This document shows positions 42,061 through 58,633 of a stretch of 64,000 bases of DNA, piece after piece; positions within the stretch are counted from its first letter, which is position 1, and each line of letters opens with the position of its first letter. The notes beneath the pieces were generated by a model that had not been told where the DNA came from, searched no databases, and saw only the letters and a program-made list of their open reading frames with translations. The stretch lies in the NCBI RefSeq assembly GCF_009914755.1, contig NC_060925.1. One strand, given 5' to 3'. Position numbers and translations under genes: made by a program. This DNA comes from the human T2T-CHM13v2.0 reference genome, Homo sapiens.

Positions 42061-42298
42061 AAGGACTTGAATTTTCTTACATATCTTGGCCCTATAGAGT
42101 GGCTCTCAACCTCGGCTGCACATGTCTATTACCTGAGAAAAGTTTTAAATAACCTAATACTCAGGTCACACCCTAGACTTTAGGGGTGAGACAAGCATTA
42201 ATATTTTTTTAACACTCTTAGAATTAAGAGCCACTAATATTGTAGCACTGCAATTCCTATAAAGAGAACAGATGTGAGTCGATTTGTTACAGTATTGT

Positions 42299-42661
42299 TG
42301 TATTCATCTGTTTTCATGCTGCTGATAAAGACATACCTGAGACCAGGCAATTTACAAAAGAAAGAGGTTTAATGGACTTACAGTTCCACATGGGTGGGGA
42401 GGCCTCACAATCATGGTGGAGGACAAAGAGGAGCAAGTCACATCTTACATGGATGGCAGCAGGCAAAGAGACAGCTTGTGCAGGGAAACTCCCATTTTAA
42501 AAATGATCAGATCTCATGAGACTTACTCACTAACACAAGAACAGCACAGGAAAGACCCATCCTCATGATTCAGTTATCTCCCACTGGGCCCCTCCCACAA
42601 CATGTGGGAATTATGGGAGCTACAAGATGAGATTGGGTGTGGACACAGCCAAACCATATCA
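42299..42661 (-). mobile_element. THE1B-like solo LTR with 5-bp TSD ATTGT
   Basis: 363 bp, TG...CA ends, ATTGT at 42294-42298 and 42662-42666. Confidence 0.9.
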
Positions 42662-44048
42662 ATTGTCATCACTCAAGGCAGATGAGTATATAGAAAGCTA
42701 TCAGTTGTAAGGAATTGGACTAAGTTTAAGAGAATAATAATTAAGATAGAACAAATGTTTGGTCCTGCTTAAGGGCTAGGATAGATGAGGCACAATAGAA
42801 TCATGTGGGGAGCTGTAAAAATGCCCAGGCCCTACTCTGTGTCAATTAAATCAGAATCCAGAATCTCTGCTTGAGTGTGTCTAGAGTATTGGTCAAAGGA
42901 AACAGTGATTTTGATGTGCAGCCAGTTAAGAGCTGATATCCTCAAGGATCATGATGTGACACAGCTGTTTCAGAAGGGTAAATCTCCATACTCCCACTTT
43001 AGAAGAAAAGAAAAGGCAAAATGACAAAACAATCAAGCAAAAGGGCTGGAAGAGCTGGTAGATAACAGGGTGTCAACTTGAATTAATTCAGCTCTTTGGT
43101 AAAGATTAGCTGGAGTAAAGAAATTCCAGTTAGTCAAATGGGATGAATGTCCTTTTATGGAAACCATATCATGCTTTTTGAATGATCTGAGAAAGACTGG
43201 AAGCATTAGAGGTGAAGTATATCCATTTGCTCAATGGGAGAAGATTTTGTTTTATTTTATTTACATAATGTGATATGCTTGGCCATCTGCAGTAGTGCCT
43301 GAAAGGGGATGTAAAACGGAAAATGTAGTCAGTGAGACTGATTAATAACCATGGGTAGAAAAATAGGCCAAGTGGAAAAACTTATTCATATAATTGCTTC
43401 ATTTTGCTGACTGCAAAAGGATTTGTTTTGGAAGTGATTTCTGCTCTTTAACCTAGTGGATTGATAGATCACAGAAAGGTCTTAGAAATGACATTACGTA
43501 ATTTTGTTCATAACATGAAATTAGCTTGAATCAAAAAATGTATACCTTTTTTTGTATCTACCTTCTAAGACATTTGTCTTGAGAAATTAATGATTCTACA
43601 ACATAAATAGTCATTGTGAAAGGAAGGAAAAAGATAACAGAGGGCTTTCATAATAATCATGGACTCAAGATTATCTAATTTAAAAAGACATATCTCATTT
43701 TCCTTTATTTAAACATAAAACAAATGAGAGAAAACAGAAATAGCTCATAATTTTATTTGTCTGATAAAACATGCTGACATAAAAATATAATTCATGCACC
43801 CAGTAAGAAAATCAAAAAATTAAATAAAGGTAAAAATGAAATATAAAATTCTCTTTCCTCTAGTCTCTTACCCCCAGACATCTAGAATCTCTCCTTAAGA
43901 TAATCACTGTTGACAATTTCTTGAGTATCTTTTTAAAAATGACCTTAATACACATCCCCCATATAGAATATAGCTCTTAAACAAGTTAGAAAATAAAATT
44001 TTATCTTTTAGTATTACACAAAAGGATGTTCAGAACTAGGCTTTGTAT

Positions 44049-44179
44049 TTTTTTTTTCTAGAGATGAGGTCTCACCGTGTTGCCCAGGTTGGTCTCAAAC
44101 TCCTGGGCTCAAGCAATCCTCCCGCCTCAGTCTCCAAAAGTGTTGTGATTACAAGCATGAGATGAAGTCTTGCCTGGCC
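44049..44179 (-). mobile_element. FLAM monomer with TSD TAGGCTTT(G/C)TATTTTT
   Basis: Left-arm-type monomer. Confidence 0.85.
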
Positions 44180-46122
44180 TAGGCTTTCTATTTTTGTTTA
44201 ATAATTTACCTTCAAGATATTCTTAACTTTTAACAACTGTATTGTATAAATATATTTTTTATTTAAACAATAGGCTACCAATAACATTAATAACATATCT
44301 TGGTTTATGTATTTTACAAGATTCTCCATGTGATAAATTCCAACCTGAGAAGTTGCTATAGAACATATGAATTTAACATTTTTTAATTGCTGTGATCTAA
44401 TATGATCCTAAAACATGGCCCTAGTTTATATTCCTATGAGAATGTCTAATACCTACACTCTTGCTAACATTGACTGCTATTGCATTTTAAAGACTCAATA
44501 ATTTGGTTGGATTGATGTTGAACATCTTCTGTTATTCCTGGCCATTGCATTTCTTTTTCTACCTATTAATCTCCCTTGTATAATATTGCATTATTTGTCT
44601 TTTTTGTCTCATTTATCGACAAAGATTAAAGTTATTGGCAGTAGTGAAAATGGAGAAAAAAATCAAAATTCAAATACTGTAGAGTACAATATTTTGGAGA
44701 ATAATTTGATTCTATATATTGAAATTTAAATTGTCTTTAATCTTTGACCCAGTTATTCTATTTCTAGTAATTTTTCTACCCAAATAATAATTCAGGAAGA
44801 AAACCTTTACAGAGATTATTCTTATAATGTTTGTGATACAATATTTACGGGCAACATAAATTCTCATCCAGAGATTGGAGTAAATATTATATAGTATATC
44901 TGTAGAATGAAATGTACCTTGCTGTTTAAATGAATAAATTAGTTATTATCATAAAATAAATGTCATGTAAAGACATTTATTTTATGGTGTATAAAATTAG
45001 AAAAACAAGTTATTAACAAAACATGATTTTTTGTAAAATGCTTTTATTTTGTTTTTAATTGACATAATAATTGCACATGTTTATGGGGTACAGTGTGGTG
45101 CTTTAGTGCATGTGTACATTGTGTAATGGTCAAATTTAAAAATTACATGTATTGACAGAAAAAGTGTTTGGATATTTGTATCCTAAATGCTAACAGTGAT
45201 GATATCTGGAATGTGGAACTGCTGGTAATTTTTCCCTTTTTCTTTTAGAGATTTTTGTACTTATTTTTAATAATAAACATATACTAATTTTATAATAAAA
45301 ATAACAATGAAGTCCTTTCCATTTTGAAAAATTAATTCCAATAGAAAAATACTGTACTCGAGCCACTTTCCAGGGTTTTCTTATTCTTAGTGCTGGTATA
45401 AGGTACCAGTGATATTATATTTTCAGATATGTTTGGCTTTTCTGCCTTATGGTTGAAGATGAGCTTAGGAAGTATTGCTGCCTAATTTTCAGGCTTTTGA
45501 GCCAATGCTTGGTGCACAAAAAGCACCACATCAACTTTAAACAGAATATTCTGCTTCTTTAGACTGTATTTCCTACTTTTTATAGTATTTATTAGCGCCA
45601 GAACTCTGTGACTGTTTGTTTCCCAAAGAACAAGAGAGAAAGATCAAGGAAATTGAGAAGCAATGAAACTAGATTTAATTAATACTCTGGCTTGTCAGCA
45701 GCTTTCATGAAAGATTTGTTTGTTGAAGAAGTTGAACCTATTAGCTTAAACAGGGATTAACTCTGCCAACTCTGACAGAGCATGGACAATTAAGAGTTTA
45801 TTGGAAATTAATTGAAAATAATACAGTGTTGTGAGGTGGGATGAAGATGATTTCCTTTAAGGAAATTATGCCAAGTGTTTTGAATCAGCCAAGGATAAAC
45901 AAATGCAGACTATCATTTGATGGAGGTATTATAAACTGATAACATGATTCGAAGTATAAGAATGGCAAATTGTGAAGAATGAATAAAATTACAGAGATAA
46001 ATAGCAAAAATGTGAAACTAAAATAAAGAGGAACAGTGAGTAAATGGGGTTAGCTGAGAATATGGTTTAACAGGGCATACTCTATTCATTTATGAAGAAA
46101 TTTTAATCCTCAAAATGCTACT

Positions 46123-46479
46123 TGTCTTAGTCTGTGTAGGCTGCTGTAACAAAATACCACAAGCTGAGTAACTTATAAACAACAGAAATTTCTTACAGTT
46201 GTGCAGGCTGGGAAGTCCAATATTAAGGCAGATTCAGCATCTGGGGTGAGGTTCACCCTTCTGGCTCATAGATGGCAACTTCCTGCTGTATCCCCATACT
46301 TTGGAAGGGGCCAATGAGCTCTCTGGGATCTCTTTTATAAGGGCACAAATCCCATTCATGAGAATCTTGTCCTCATGACCTAATCACCTCCCCAAGGCTC
46401 TATCTCCTAACACGAGTAGCTTGGGGGTTAGGATTTCAATATACAAATTTGGGGGGACATAAACAGTCAGTCTGTGACA
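46123..46479 (-). mobile_element. MLT1A-type solo LTR
   Basis: Same motifs as the element at 26163-26528. Confidence 0.85.
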
Positions 46480-47563
46480 TTGCCATTTCATCAGTAAGAA
46501 TTTTCATGAACTCACTATTAAGATTTATGTTTAGGTTTTTTATGCGGATGTTCTCACTTTATAATATTGTTTGTCTGCATAGTTTAAAGAAAAGGACAAT
46601 GCCCAATTAGAACAGGAGGTGTCTTTTGTTGGCCAGCAAAATATTTTAAGATGCCTTGAGTGTGACCCTACATAGAGATCATCAAGGTAACATCATTTTG
46701 TTCTTGTTCTAGATCCACATGTTTCACTCAAGATCCCAGAAAGAAAATGTATGAAAACACATTGGAAGACAATAATCCATCCTTACAATGCTAGCCAATG
46801 TTTATTATTGCTTTCTATGTGTGAGGAATTGTGTTAAACACTTAAAAAGATGTTATCCCTCATAATTATCATAACACCTGAAGAAGTAGGTGGGGTGATT
46901 TTCTCCAATTTAGATATTATAGGAACTGAAACACTTGCCCACTAAACAGGCAATTGAAAGAGATAGGATTTCTATAGAAAATTGCCAGCTCCACAGCTAG
47001 TGTTCCTATTCTCATCATTAGTGTTCCCTTAGTGGTTTTGATATTACACCTAATACTATTTAATACAAAATTAAAGCATCCACCCTATTCTGGGATTTAC
47101 TGTCAAGAATAGAGCACTGAGCCTGATAAACAGTATCCACTTTGGAATGCATGTTTCTATCCAGCTACTTAATATGACATAAGTTCATTGGACATTAAGG
47201 CCAGATTTCTTGACATGCTTTACCCTCAAATTAACAAGTTTGGCTTATTCAATTATGGACCTTTAACCCTTAGGCCAGATAGTATATGAGGCCTAGAGTA
47301 GTGGAAAAAGGTAACTGGATTTACAAAATATGACTCTTCAAATTCTGTAAGAATTCAATATATTGAGGAACGTTTAGGTGCATAGTAAAATTATAATTTC
47401 ATATTGTTGCACAGACTCAGGCAGATGAAAGAGACTCCAATAGTGGTCAGGTAGTACCCAGACAGTCAGTTGATTGTCTCTGTGCTGAAAGGATTTAAAG
47501 ATGAAGAAGAGTTTGCTCCAATGTATGTTTCAATATCTCATTGTTTTACAATAATATTTGAAA

Positions 47564-49303
<1,740 letters not shown>

Positions 49304-49374
49304 ATTAAAATATTCTGCAGTCACAGTGACTGTCTTGGCTTCTCTTAATTTATGAGGACCTTTGTCTTATAGAC

Positions 49375-49530
49375 TCTTTTTTTTAAAAAAAGATGGGGTC
49401 TTGCTATGTTGTCCATGCTGGAGTGCAGTGGCTATTCACAGGCTTGATCATTGCATACTACAGTCTGGAACTCCTGGACTCAAGTCTCCCAGTGGCTGGG
49501 AATACAGGTGAGTGCCTACCACACCTAGCC
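49375..49530 (-). mobile_element. FAM (fossil Alu monomer)
   Basis: Retains the 7SL-like segment gcagtggctattcacagg that dimeric Alus lack. Confidence 0.75.
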
Positions 49531-49852
49531 TGATTTACAGATTTTTGACATCTATTATAGTTAAATGTATTTTCAGCATTTGCATATTAAAGGAATAATA
49601 TTGATGCTTAACTTCATTAGTGATCAGGGAATTCCAAATTTAAAAAAAATTTTTTCATCTCTTATAGTATATTTAAAAATTCATTGCTGATAAGGATTCA
49701 GGGACGCCAACATTGTACATTGGTAGTGAAAATGTAAATTGGAAACTTTCTGTAATCTGACAGTAATTATTTTTTTAAAAATCCTTTTGAACTTGCAGTT
49801 CTACTTTTGGGATTTGAATTTATGGAAAGTAAAGTGCCAGTGAGAAAGAATA

Positions 49853-52701
49853 TTGTTGCCCCTTGAACAACATAGGGTTAGGGGAGCTGGCCTCCCACAC
49901 AGTGAAAAATCTGCATACAACTTTTGATTCCCCCCAAACTACTAATAACCTATTGTTGACCAGAAGGCTTACTGATAACATGCGTTACATTTAAGACATA
50001 TTTTGCATGCTATGTGTATTATATACTGTATTCTTACAATAAACTAAGCTACAGAAAAGAAATTATAATCAAGAAAATTGTAAGGAAGAGAAAATATATG
50101 ACCCATTCATTAAGTGGAAGTAGATCATCTTAAAGGTCTTCATCATTGTTGTGTTCATGTTGAGTAGGCAGAGGAGGAGGAGGAGGAGCTGGTCTTTGTG
50201 TCTTAGGGTAGCAGAGGTGGAAGAGGGTGAAGGGATGGAAGGGGAAGCAAAAGAGGCAAGCACACTTGGTGAAACTTTACAAAAATACATCATTATTTCT
50301 GTCTATTTTGCTTTTTCATTTCTCTAAAAACATTTCAGTGTAGTACCTATCCGTCTTCCACCATTTGCTTTAGTTTCAGTTCCTGTATCATGGAACGGTC
50401 TATGTCATAAAAGAAGTCAAAAGTAGTCTTGAATAATCAAAGCTTTTTTGCCAGATTGTTGAATGCCAATTTGTTTTCTGGCACTGCTTTTCCTATGTCT
50501 TCTTCCTCATTATCTGGCACTGGTTAGGAAGCACTCATCTCCATGAAGTCATCTTTTGTTAATTCCTCTGGTGTGGTGTGTATTAGCTCTTAAATTCCTC
50601 CAAGATCCATATCTTACAACCCTTCACTCCACACCTTTTTTTCCCTTCATATCCATACTTCTTTCCATGGTTTTCTCTAAATTGGGTTTGTCGTAATTCT
50701 GTAGCTATGCACAACATCTGGACACAAATTGTGCTTTTGTCCAGCAGGAATTTATTGTTTTGAGTTTCATGGTTTTCTCTATCAACTGATGACATCTTGA
50801 AAGGTGTAAGCCTTCCAGACTTCCATGATGTTCTCTCTATTGGGTTTCTCTTTTGCAATGTTGACAAACCTTTCCATAGAGTGCCATATGTAGAGCCTTA
50901 AAGGTCCTTATGACTCCCTTATCTAGAGGCTGAAGTAGAGATGTGTTTGGGGGAAAAGGAGAACACTTCAGTGCCTTTGGTGTTGAACTCATGGGGTTCT
51001 GGGTGGCCAGGGGGCATTTTCCAATTAAACAACAACAACAAAAAACTTTAAAAAGCAGTCCCTTACTGGCAAGGTACTTCTGACTTCAGGGACAAAGCAC
51101 TGATGGAACTAATCCAGAAAAAGCATTCTCATAGTCCAGGCCTTCTTGTTGTACAACCAAAAGACTGGCAACTAGTGTTTCTCTTTTCCCTTTCAAGACT
51201 CAGGGGTTAGCAGCTTTATAGTTAAGGGCAGCCCTGATCATAAACCCGACTACATTTGCACAAAGCAGTAGAGTTAGCCTATCCCTTCCTGCCTTAAATC
51301 TTGGTGCTTGCTTCTCTTCCTTACTAATAAATGATCTTTGTGGCTTTTATTTTTCCCCCTGGAATAGGGCACTTTCAGCTGCATTAATACCTATTCAGGC
51401 AGATATCCTTTCTCCTCAATGTTTTTCTTAACGGCATTTGAGAATTCACTTGCTGGTTCTTGGTTGGCAGAAGTTGCTACTCCCATTATCCTGACATTTT
51501 TAAAACCAAACCACTTTCTAAAATTATCAAATCATCCTTTGCTGCCATTAAATTCTCCAGCTTTAGATCTTTCACCTTGCTTTTACTTTAAGTTGTCAAA
51601 TAATGACTTCGCTATTTCTTGAATCAAATAAGAGTCTATAGGTATGTCTTTCTTATAGCAATTCTGTACCCCACATAAAAGCTGCATTTTGAATATGAGA
51701 TAAGAAAGGACAAGGTTTTCATGCCTGTTGGCACGAAATGAGGCCTTATGAATTTCTCTTTTTTTTTTTAAGGGACCTTACACTGGATTCATTTATTTTG
51801 AAATGGCAGGCAGCTGAAGAACTCAATCTATAGGAAGCAATCTAACTTTTTCTCATAATGTCACAACTTTTCTCTGCTTCTTGGGAGCACTCCCAGCATC
51901 ACTTGTGGCACTTTGTATTGGTCTCATGGTGTTATTCAAGATTTATAGTATTACACTAAGCACAATGAAAAGAGAACTGTGAGAGAACACACTATTTACT
52001 TAGATACAGAATTTACTGAAGAGACCAAGTGCTCATGGCAGATACTGGCAACATGAGCTCTCCACAGTAGCAACAGGGGGTGGCTACAAAATTATTATAA
52101 TAGTACATACACTGGAAAGTAGACGCTGGAGAATATTCCAAAAGATGCCAGGGTTGGAGGGGAGTGAGGGTTGAAAAATGATTATTGGGTACAATGTTCA
52201 CTATTGGGGTGATGAGTACAGTAAAACCTCAGACTTCACCACTAGCAATATATCCAAATAACAAAACAATCATATAATAAAACTATGCTTGTACCTAGCA
52301 CATTTATAAAAATAAAATAAAAGTAATTATTTGGGTAGTACAGTATGTGCTATAGTTAATTGTATGCAGTTGTGGTTTAATACAGCATCTTTATGTTTGT
52401 TTATGTTTCTCTTGACTGCAAATAGTGACTTGTACGGTTTGTGTGCATACATTTTGATAAGTTTTAACTTTTTATAATAGATTTGTGTATATTTTATGGT
52501 AGTAAATGATAAAATAGATTAATATATACATATACTTTATGCATTCAGGATGTACATAGCTTTTTCTTAATTTTTTTTTTATATTCTAGGCTATGCAGTT
52601 AGTCTGTTAGTTTTTTCAATTGCAATTCTCCAAAACTTTTTCTGATATATTTTTTTTTTTTTTAAATACCAGTGTAGGCGGACCTGCACAGTTGAAACCC
52701 A
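49853..52701 (-). mobile_element. Near full-length Tigger2 DNA transposon with decayed pogo-type transposase
   Basis: TIRs (gttgccccttgaacaacat / atgttgttccaaggtcaact). Minus strand at about 50890-51070 gives frameshifted ENAPGHPEPHEFNT...QPLDKGVIRTFKA (DDE_1 motifs). Confidence 0.8.
52110..52323 (+). mobile_element. L1PB/L1MA 3' fragment nested in Tigger2
   Basis: ttgggtacaatgttcactatt...cagacttcaccact motif plus A-rich tail. Confidence 0.7.
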
Positions 52702-53043
52702 TGTTGTTCCAAGGTCAACTAAAAAATCTGAAATCTGAAATGCTTCAAAATTGGAAACATTTTGAGCACTGATATGATGCCACAGGTGAAAAATTTCACA
52801 TATGACATTATATGACTGGTCACAGCCAAAAGACAGTCAAAATTTTGTTTCTTGCACAAAATTTTACAAATACATAAAATTACCTTCAGGCTACATGTAT
52901 ACTATATGTAGGGAATGTAAATAAATTTAGATTGGGTCTCATTCCTAACATATCATGTTATGATATGAAAATATTTCAAAATTTGAAAAAATCCAAAATC
53001 TACAATATTTTTGGTCCCAAGCATTTCATATAAGGGATACCAT
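52702..53043. mobile_element. Tigger4/MER46-like element
   Basis: aaaatctgaaatctgaaatgc ... ggtcccaagcatttc..ataagggatac. Confidence 0.7.
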
Positions 53044-55364
53044 ACTCCAGAATGTTAGAATGTTTATGGCTACTTTGTTTGTAGTACAGGGGGAAAAAAA
53101 CCATGATGAGTCTCCATCAGTAAAAAGATAGTTTAAAAACTTGTAGAATTTACTCATATACATATATTTACACATGCATATATGCACACATATTATTTTT
53201 CTCTATATAGAGAAACTGTGCATTCATTTAAAGTGATATTTCCTCTGTTAATTGACTTGGAGAAATGTTCATACTGTGTTGATAAGTTGGAAAATCAGTT
53301 TGTTTACATGAGGTGAAGTGGAAAAGTTAAACTACATTATAAAGTACATTATAGGCTTTTCAAAGGGCAAAAAAGTGTCACCTGAGATGAGGCAATGAAG
53401 TGCTCATGGCCATTCATCCCTGTTTTACACCAATAGAAAGAAAAGTTTGGAAAATGATGGATTTCTCAATAAAATTTCAAGGAAGTAGAAATAAATATGT
53501 TACTGTACTAATGTATTCATGTCTTCTTAAGAGAAATGGAACTCCAAATTTTTAGAATTTTTGAATAGGAATGATAGAGGAAAGAAAACAGAACACTAGT
53601 GACTCCGGCATTGTCTGAAGCTGAGGACTGGGCTGTGGGTAACCCACAGGTGATATTACTTTAGCCTGAATAATCCAGACGTTATGATGTTTTGGCCTCT
53701 GTGTCCAAGACTCTTGTAGATTTCTTGTCAGGCCACAATTCTTTGAGTGAGAGTAATATTTTTTCAGTAGGCAAAAATCCCTTGAAAGATCAATCCAGGG
53801 ACATTTATAATAAGATAGGATTAGAAGGTAGACTTTAGGCTAGGGTTAGGGTTGGAAAAATCAAAACACGTTGTTCTCTTTAGAGTGAGAAATTGGTTTA
53901 TCCCAGACTTTGAAGGATAATATAATCTATAACCCTCTGGTTACGGGAAAGAAGAGACCTACATGTGGCCATCTTGGGAGCAAGGCAGAGAGCAGGCTGG
54001 AAGACCTTCTAGGATGGATATGGACTTGTGAAATGCAGTAGTTAAACCAAGTTTTCTCAGGGTTACATTTGCCTTCCATCATTCCTGAACACTCATGTCA
54101 TCATGAAATTAGAAGAGCTGATCCAATACTATTGATAAGGAAAGAGACTCTCCTTTCCCCAAAGCGAGAGATAGCAGCAATAATCAGATAATGGCCCAGA
54201 AGATGGATGATCATACACACGGCTTGTGTGAGGCTTATGGAAGATAAAACAACCACAATATTTCAGAAATGTTTATATGTTGTTTACAGTTCTACCACTA
54301 CAAAGCCTTCTAGAATGTGAGACAGAATGGTGTGATGATTATTCTCAGTATAACCAGATTAAGTAAGATTTCACAGGTGGAGTTAAGAATTAAGAATTTT
54401 TGATTCAAGAGTCTCATTCACCCTCTTCCTTCTTTGTTAATAGTTCTGTTAGGATCTGCCTTTAATTTGTCTTTTCCTTTAGGGCGCTCAAAACAACACA
54501 AGGATTAAATGCCTTTCTATTGTCAAAGTTCTCTCCTTATTTGCCAGTTCTTTTTTTCATGTCCCAATCATAATCTTAATGGTATCGTTGATCACTCAAG
54601 CAACTAACCCTGAAGACTGCCCAGTCGCAGGAGCCAATACATCTTTTTATGTTTAAACTCAATCACTTCAAATGTTGATCTTACCTTGTATAATAGAAAT
54701 TAGTCGTAGAGACTGTGGTGGGATGAGATAGCATTGCGGGTAATCTGGCTCAGCTATGGCTGAGTGGAAGAAACTTGCATCAATTATTTATGGTTAATAC
54801 AGAGTATCCTAGATCGTAGTTGTGGACTGAATACAGACATTCAGCTCCCTCCCCCACTGAGCTCTCATAACAATGCAGGGACTGGAAAGAATGTCAGCAT
54901 ATGGGATGGGAGAATGAGAAGACGGGAGCTTCTTGGGCAGGTATTACGTAGTGAGGAAGCAGTGGGTGAGAACATTCAGTGAGAGACCACAATGTAAGGA
55001 GAGAGTCTATCTGACCAGTGGAAGCAGAGACTCCAGACTCAGAACCTTTGGTACAAAGAGTAACTACAGCAAACGGGCAAAGAATAGATTGTGAATTTGG
55101 AGGTTATGTGCTTCCTTCTGGCACATGAAAAAACTCCTAAAGCTTTTTGTGGGTGCAAAATGAAATAAAAATCTTTCCCCATTGGTATGAAAATAAGTTA
55201 ATTAGCCTTTACAATGGTTTGTTTTTGTGTTACTAGTTTCCAGTTGTGGCTGTTTCTCTCAGTTTCTCTCTGTTTTGGTTTGTTTGTTTGTTTGTTGTTG
55301 TTTTCCTTCTCTTAGGAAACTTTGGCAGATAATTGGGCACAGAAATTGGTCATTTTTTAAACAC

Positions 55365-55541
55365 TCTAGGTTAGTGATTCTCATAGTCCCTAGACATCGG
55401 TATCAGTATTACCCGGCAACTTGTTAGATATGCAAATTCTCAAATCTTACCTACTGAGTCATATACTGCCAAGTGAGCCAAGGAATCCGTTTAATTAGGC
55501 TTTGCAGGTGGTTCTGATGCACACTCAAGTTGAACCACTGC
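55365..55541. mobile_element. MER5A-like MITE
   Basis: aacttgttagatatgcaaattctc...ggttctgatgcacactcaagttgaaccactg. Confidence 0.65.
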
Positions 55542-57317
55542 TGAAGCCATAACTATTGGAGACAATCTTGCATAGCCTGAAAAATGGAGAGCTCTAACTG
55601 TTGATAGGGCTTTGCTTTATTTGTCTTAAGAAAGCATTAATGAGAATAGCTTTGTGTTTCTTTGAAGTTCTGGGTGCTTCTGAAAACTCTAAAGGTTTTC
55701 AAGCATTTAAATTTCTCTAGCCCTTTTCTCAAACAAACAAAAAACCCCAAACAAGGAAAATCTCATAGAAATATAAAAATGAGTTAAAATAAGTTGTGAG
55801 GAATATTCTATACATCAACAGTAAAGTATTACTCAACCTCAAAAATTACGTCTCTACCATAATCTATAATCTGACTGGATAAGGACTATAAATAAATAGC
55901 ATATGAAAGTCTACAATAAAGCAGGGAGAAAATCATCACTGGCTCCGAATTTCATAATGACTTCTTGTTGTATGTATGTAAATATCTTCTGAACAAATTA
56001 TTGTACATTTTCCTATCTCTGGAGAAAATTAATGAATTAGGTTAAACAATTTCTTAAGTTTAATGGAGCTTCTGTTTTCCTTGGCTTATGTATACTAGCA
56101 CAGGTAACTTGCTGAACTGCAGCTCAGAAGAAAAAATCTATAGAGAGGTTTAGTTCTGAGGTGAATTAATGGACTTTGTTGTTATGTCAGAAGGCGAGAA
56201 GCAAGGGAAGGCAGGCGGGTAAGAGAATCGCATAACGCAAAGGACTTCAGTGCTTCAGAACAAAATTGAAGCGTTTTAAAAATTTGACTGAAGTAAAGTT
56301 CAGTAATATTTTTAATCATGGGAAATCCTTGGATAAATGTATATGGTTTGATAATTTTGGTTTAAATTAATTATGTTTTTTCTCTGATTTTATCACAATC
56401 TTAGAATTAATGTTAGCATATTTTTCTGGTTTATAAAATATTTTAACTTACCAGAGCTTTCTAGATGTCCCCTACTGGATTTATGGCTCAGCTGAATTGA
56501 ATTATTAAACTAGTATTTTTTAAAACATTTGTTCCTGTAACTTGAGATGGGGCTACAAATAATTATACTGTATAGGTAAAACCACACATACCCTACATGG
56601 TAAAAAATTCAAATTTCATATGTAACACAATTTTCATGTAAATTTTTATATTTTAGTATAAATTCTCTGCAGTGTGTCAGTTTAAAATGAATTTTAACAT
56701 ACTAGTTAGCTTTATGAGCTTGGCTAATATTTCATTGAGATAATTAGTGAAAAATCTTTGGATGAGTCTCATAAAATTTTTAACATATCCTTGCTGCATA
56801 TTTTTACACATTATAGAGTGGCTATCAAGTAGGAGAATGAACAGTATGTAAAAGTACCCTTAGTTCTGATTAATGCACATGTTCTTTTATACTACTTTAA
56901 GAAATTAAGTCAGTTTGAGTATTTAGAAAAGTGCATGCAATATAATTAATGTGTTTTTGCTTATCAAGGCAAAGAGAGTAATTTTGTCTAAAAGGCAAAT
57001 TGTAGAGTTTTGCTAGAATATAAAACTGAATTTTAAAATACAAATTTAAGGGCATACAATAATTGTAGAATATCTGAGGGAAGTAAACTTCATTTGCTAT
57101 AGCTTATAATAGCTGCAAATAATGAGTTTAAATGAGCAATAAAACGTTTATAATTTTTGGACTAACTTTACTCAATGTTAATTAGTTTGGGCATAAAACA
57201 TAAAAGAACTTTTGAGTCTTTTAGTCCAATTTGTTAAATGGATGGTCTCAAAAAAGTCATATTAGTATTTGGGTTACCTTTTTGATAAAATGATAAATCA
57301 ATCTCCATATATTAGCC

Positions 57318-57614
57318 TTTTTTTTTTTTTTGAGACAAAGTCTTGCTCTTGTCCCTCAGGCTGGAGGGCAATGGCGCCATCTTGGCTCACTGCAGCCTCT
57401 GCCTCCTGGGTTCCAGTGATTCTCCTGCCTCAGCCTCCTGAGTAGCTGGGATTACAGGCGCCTGCCACCATGCCTGGCTATTTTTTGTATTTTTAGTAGA
57501 AATGGGATTTCACCATGTTGGCCAGGCTGGTCTCGAACCCCTGACCTCAGGTGATCCACCCTCCTCGGCCTCCCGAAGTGTTGGGATTACAGGCGTGAGC
57601 CACCACTCCCGGCC
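57318..57614 (-). mobile_element. AluS with TSD CATATATTAG
   Basis: Dimeric Alu with direct repeats. Confidence 0.95.
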
Positions 57615-58378
57615 ATATATTAGTTTTTTAGCAAAAATTTAACACTTGTATTCTCCACAGTGTCCTACCGGATTAGATATAGCTCTCCTGGACTAAATTG
57701 TTTCTCACCCACAACAATATTGCCATCCGGGAGAAAAGAGATTTATAGTAGTTTACTTTGTACTCCTAGAAATCCTTTCAAGAAGTATAAAAGTGAATAC
57801 ATACATATTTAAATGATAAACATTTATCTTCGTGATAAAATAGTTAAGTTTCCATGTGAGTCAGGTTTACCACATGAGTGATGAACCAGCTTTAATTAAC
57901 AATATAACCATTCTCCTCTGTCACTGTAGGCTGTTCTAAAAAAAGAAAAAAGTTTACAAAAGCCTTAATTACCTTATGCTATTTGGGGAGAATTAAGCAA
58001 TGAATGGAGTGTTGCATTTAACAGGTTATAGAAAATTTTTCTGTGTCCAGCATATAATCAACTACTAATTTTCAGACTGGTTTGGCACAATATAGATTTT
58101 CTGCCATTGAATAGAAACTAAAAAATTTGAAAGTCAGAAAATTATTTCCCAGGTTCTGAAAGATATCAACAAAGATATTTTTAATTGACTATGTATGATT
58201 ATTGATTTGAGATTTAATATACCATGTCTATGAGAATTCTTTGTAATACTTCTGCAGTGTAATTTGCTACATAATGAAAATTCATTTTTCATAATAAATA
58301 GTTTCCAGAAGTCATGTTGTCTTTCTTGCTCCCAGCAAGTAGCTCTATTTCTTGGCCACATTGAGGAATCAAAATCTA

Positions 58379-58633
<255 letters not shown>

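Noticed and set aside
53835-53855. ttaggctagggttagggttgg, a telomere-like motif
   Set aside because: Only one perfect TTAGGG with degenerate neighbours; too short to call an interstitial telomeric sequence.
54465-54690. Isolated splice-like signals (cttttcctttag on plus; CAAG|GTAAGA on minus)
   Set aside because: They are on opposite strands and have no partner sites or recognisable ORF.
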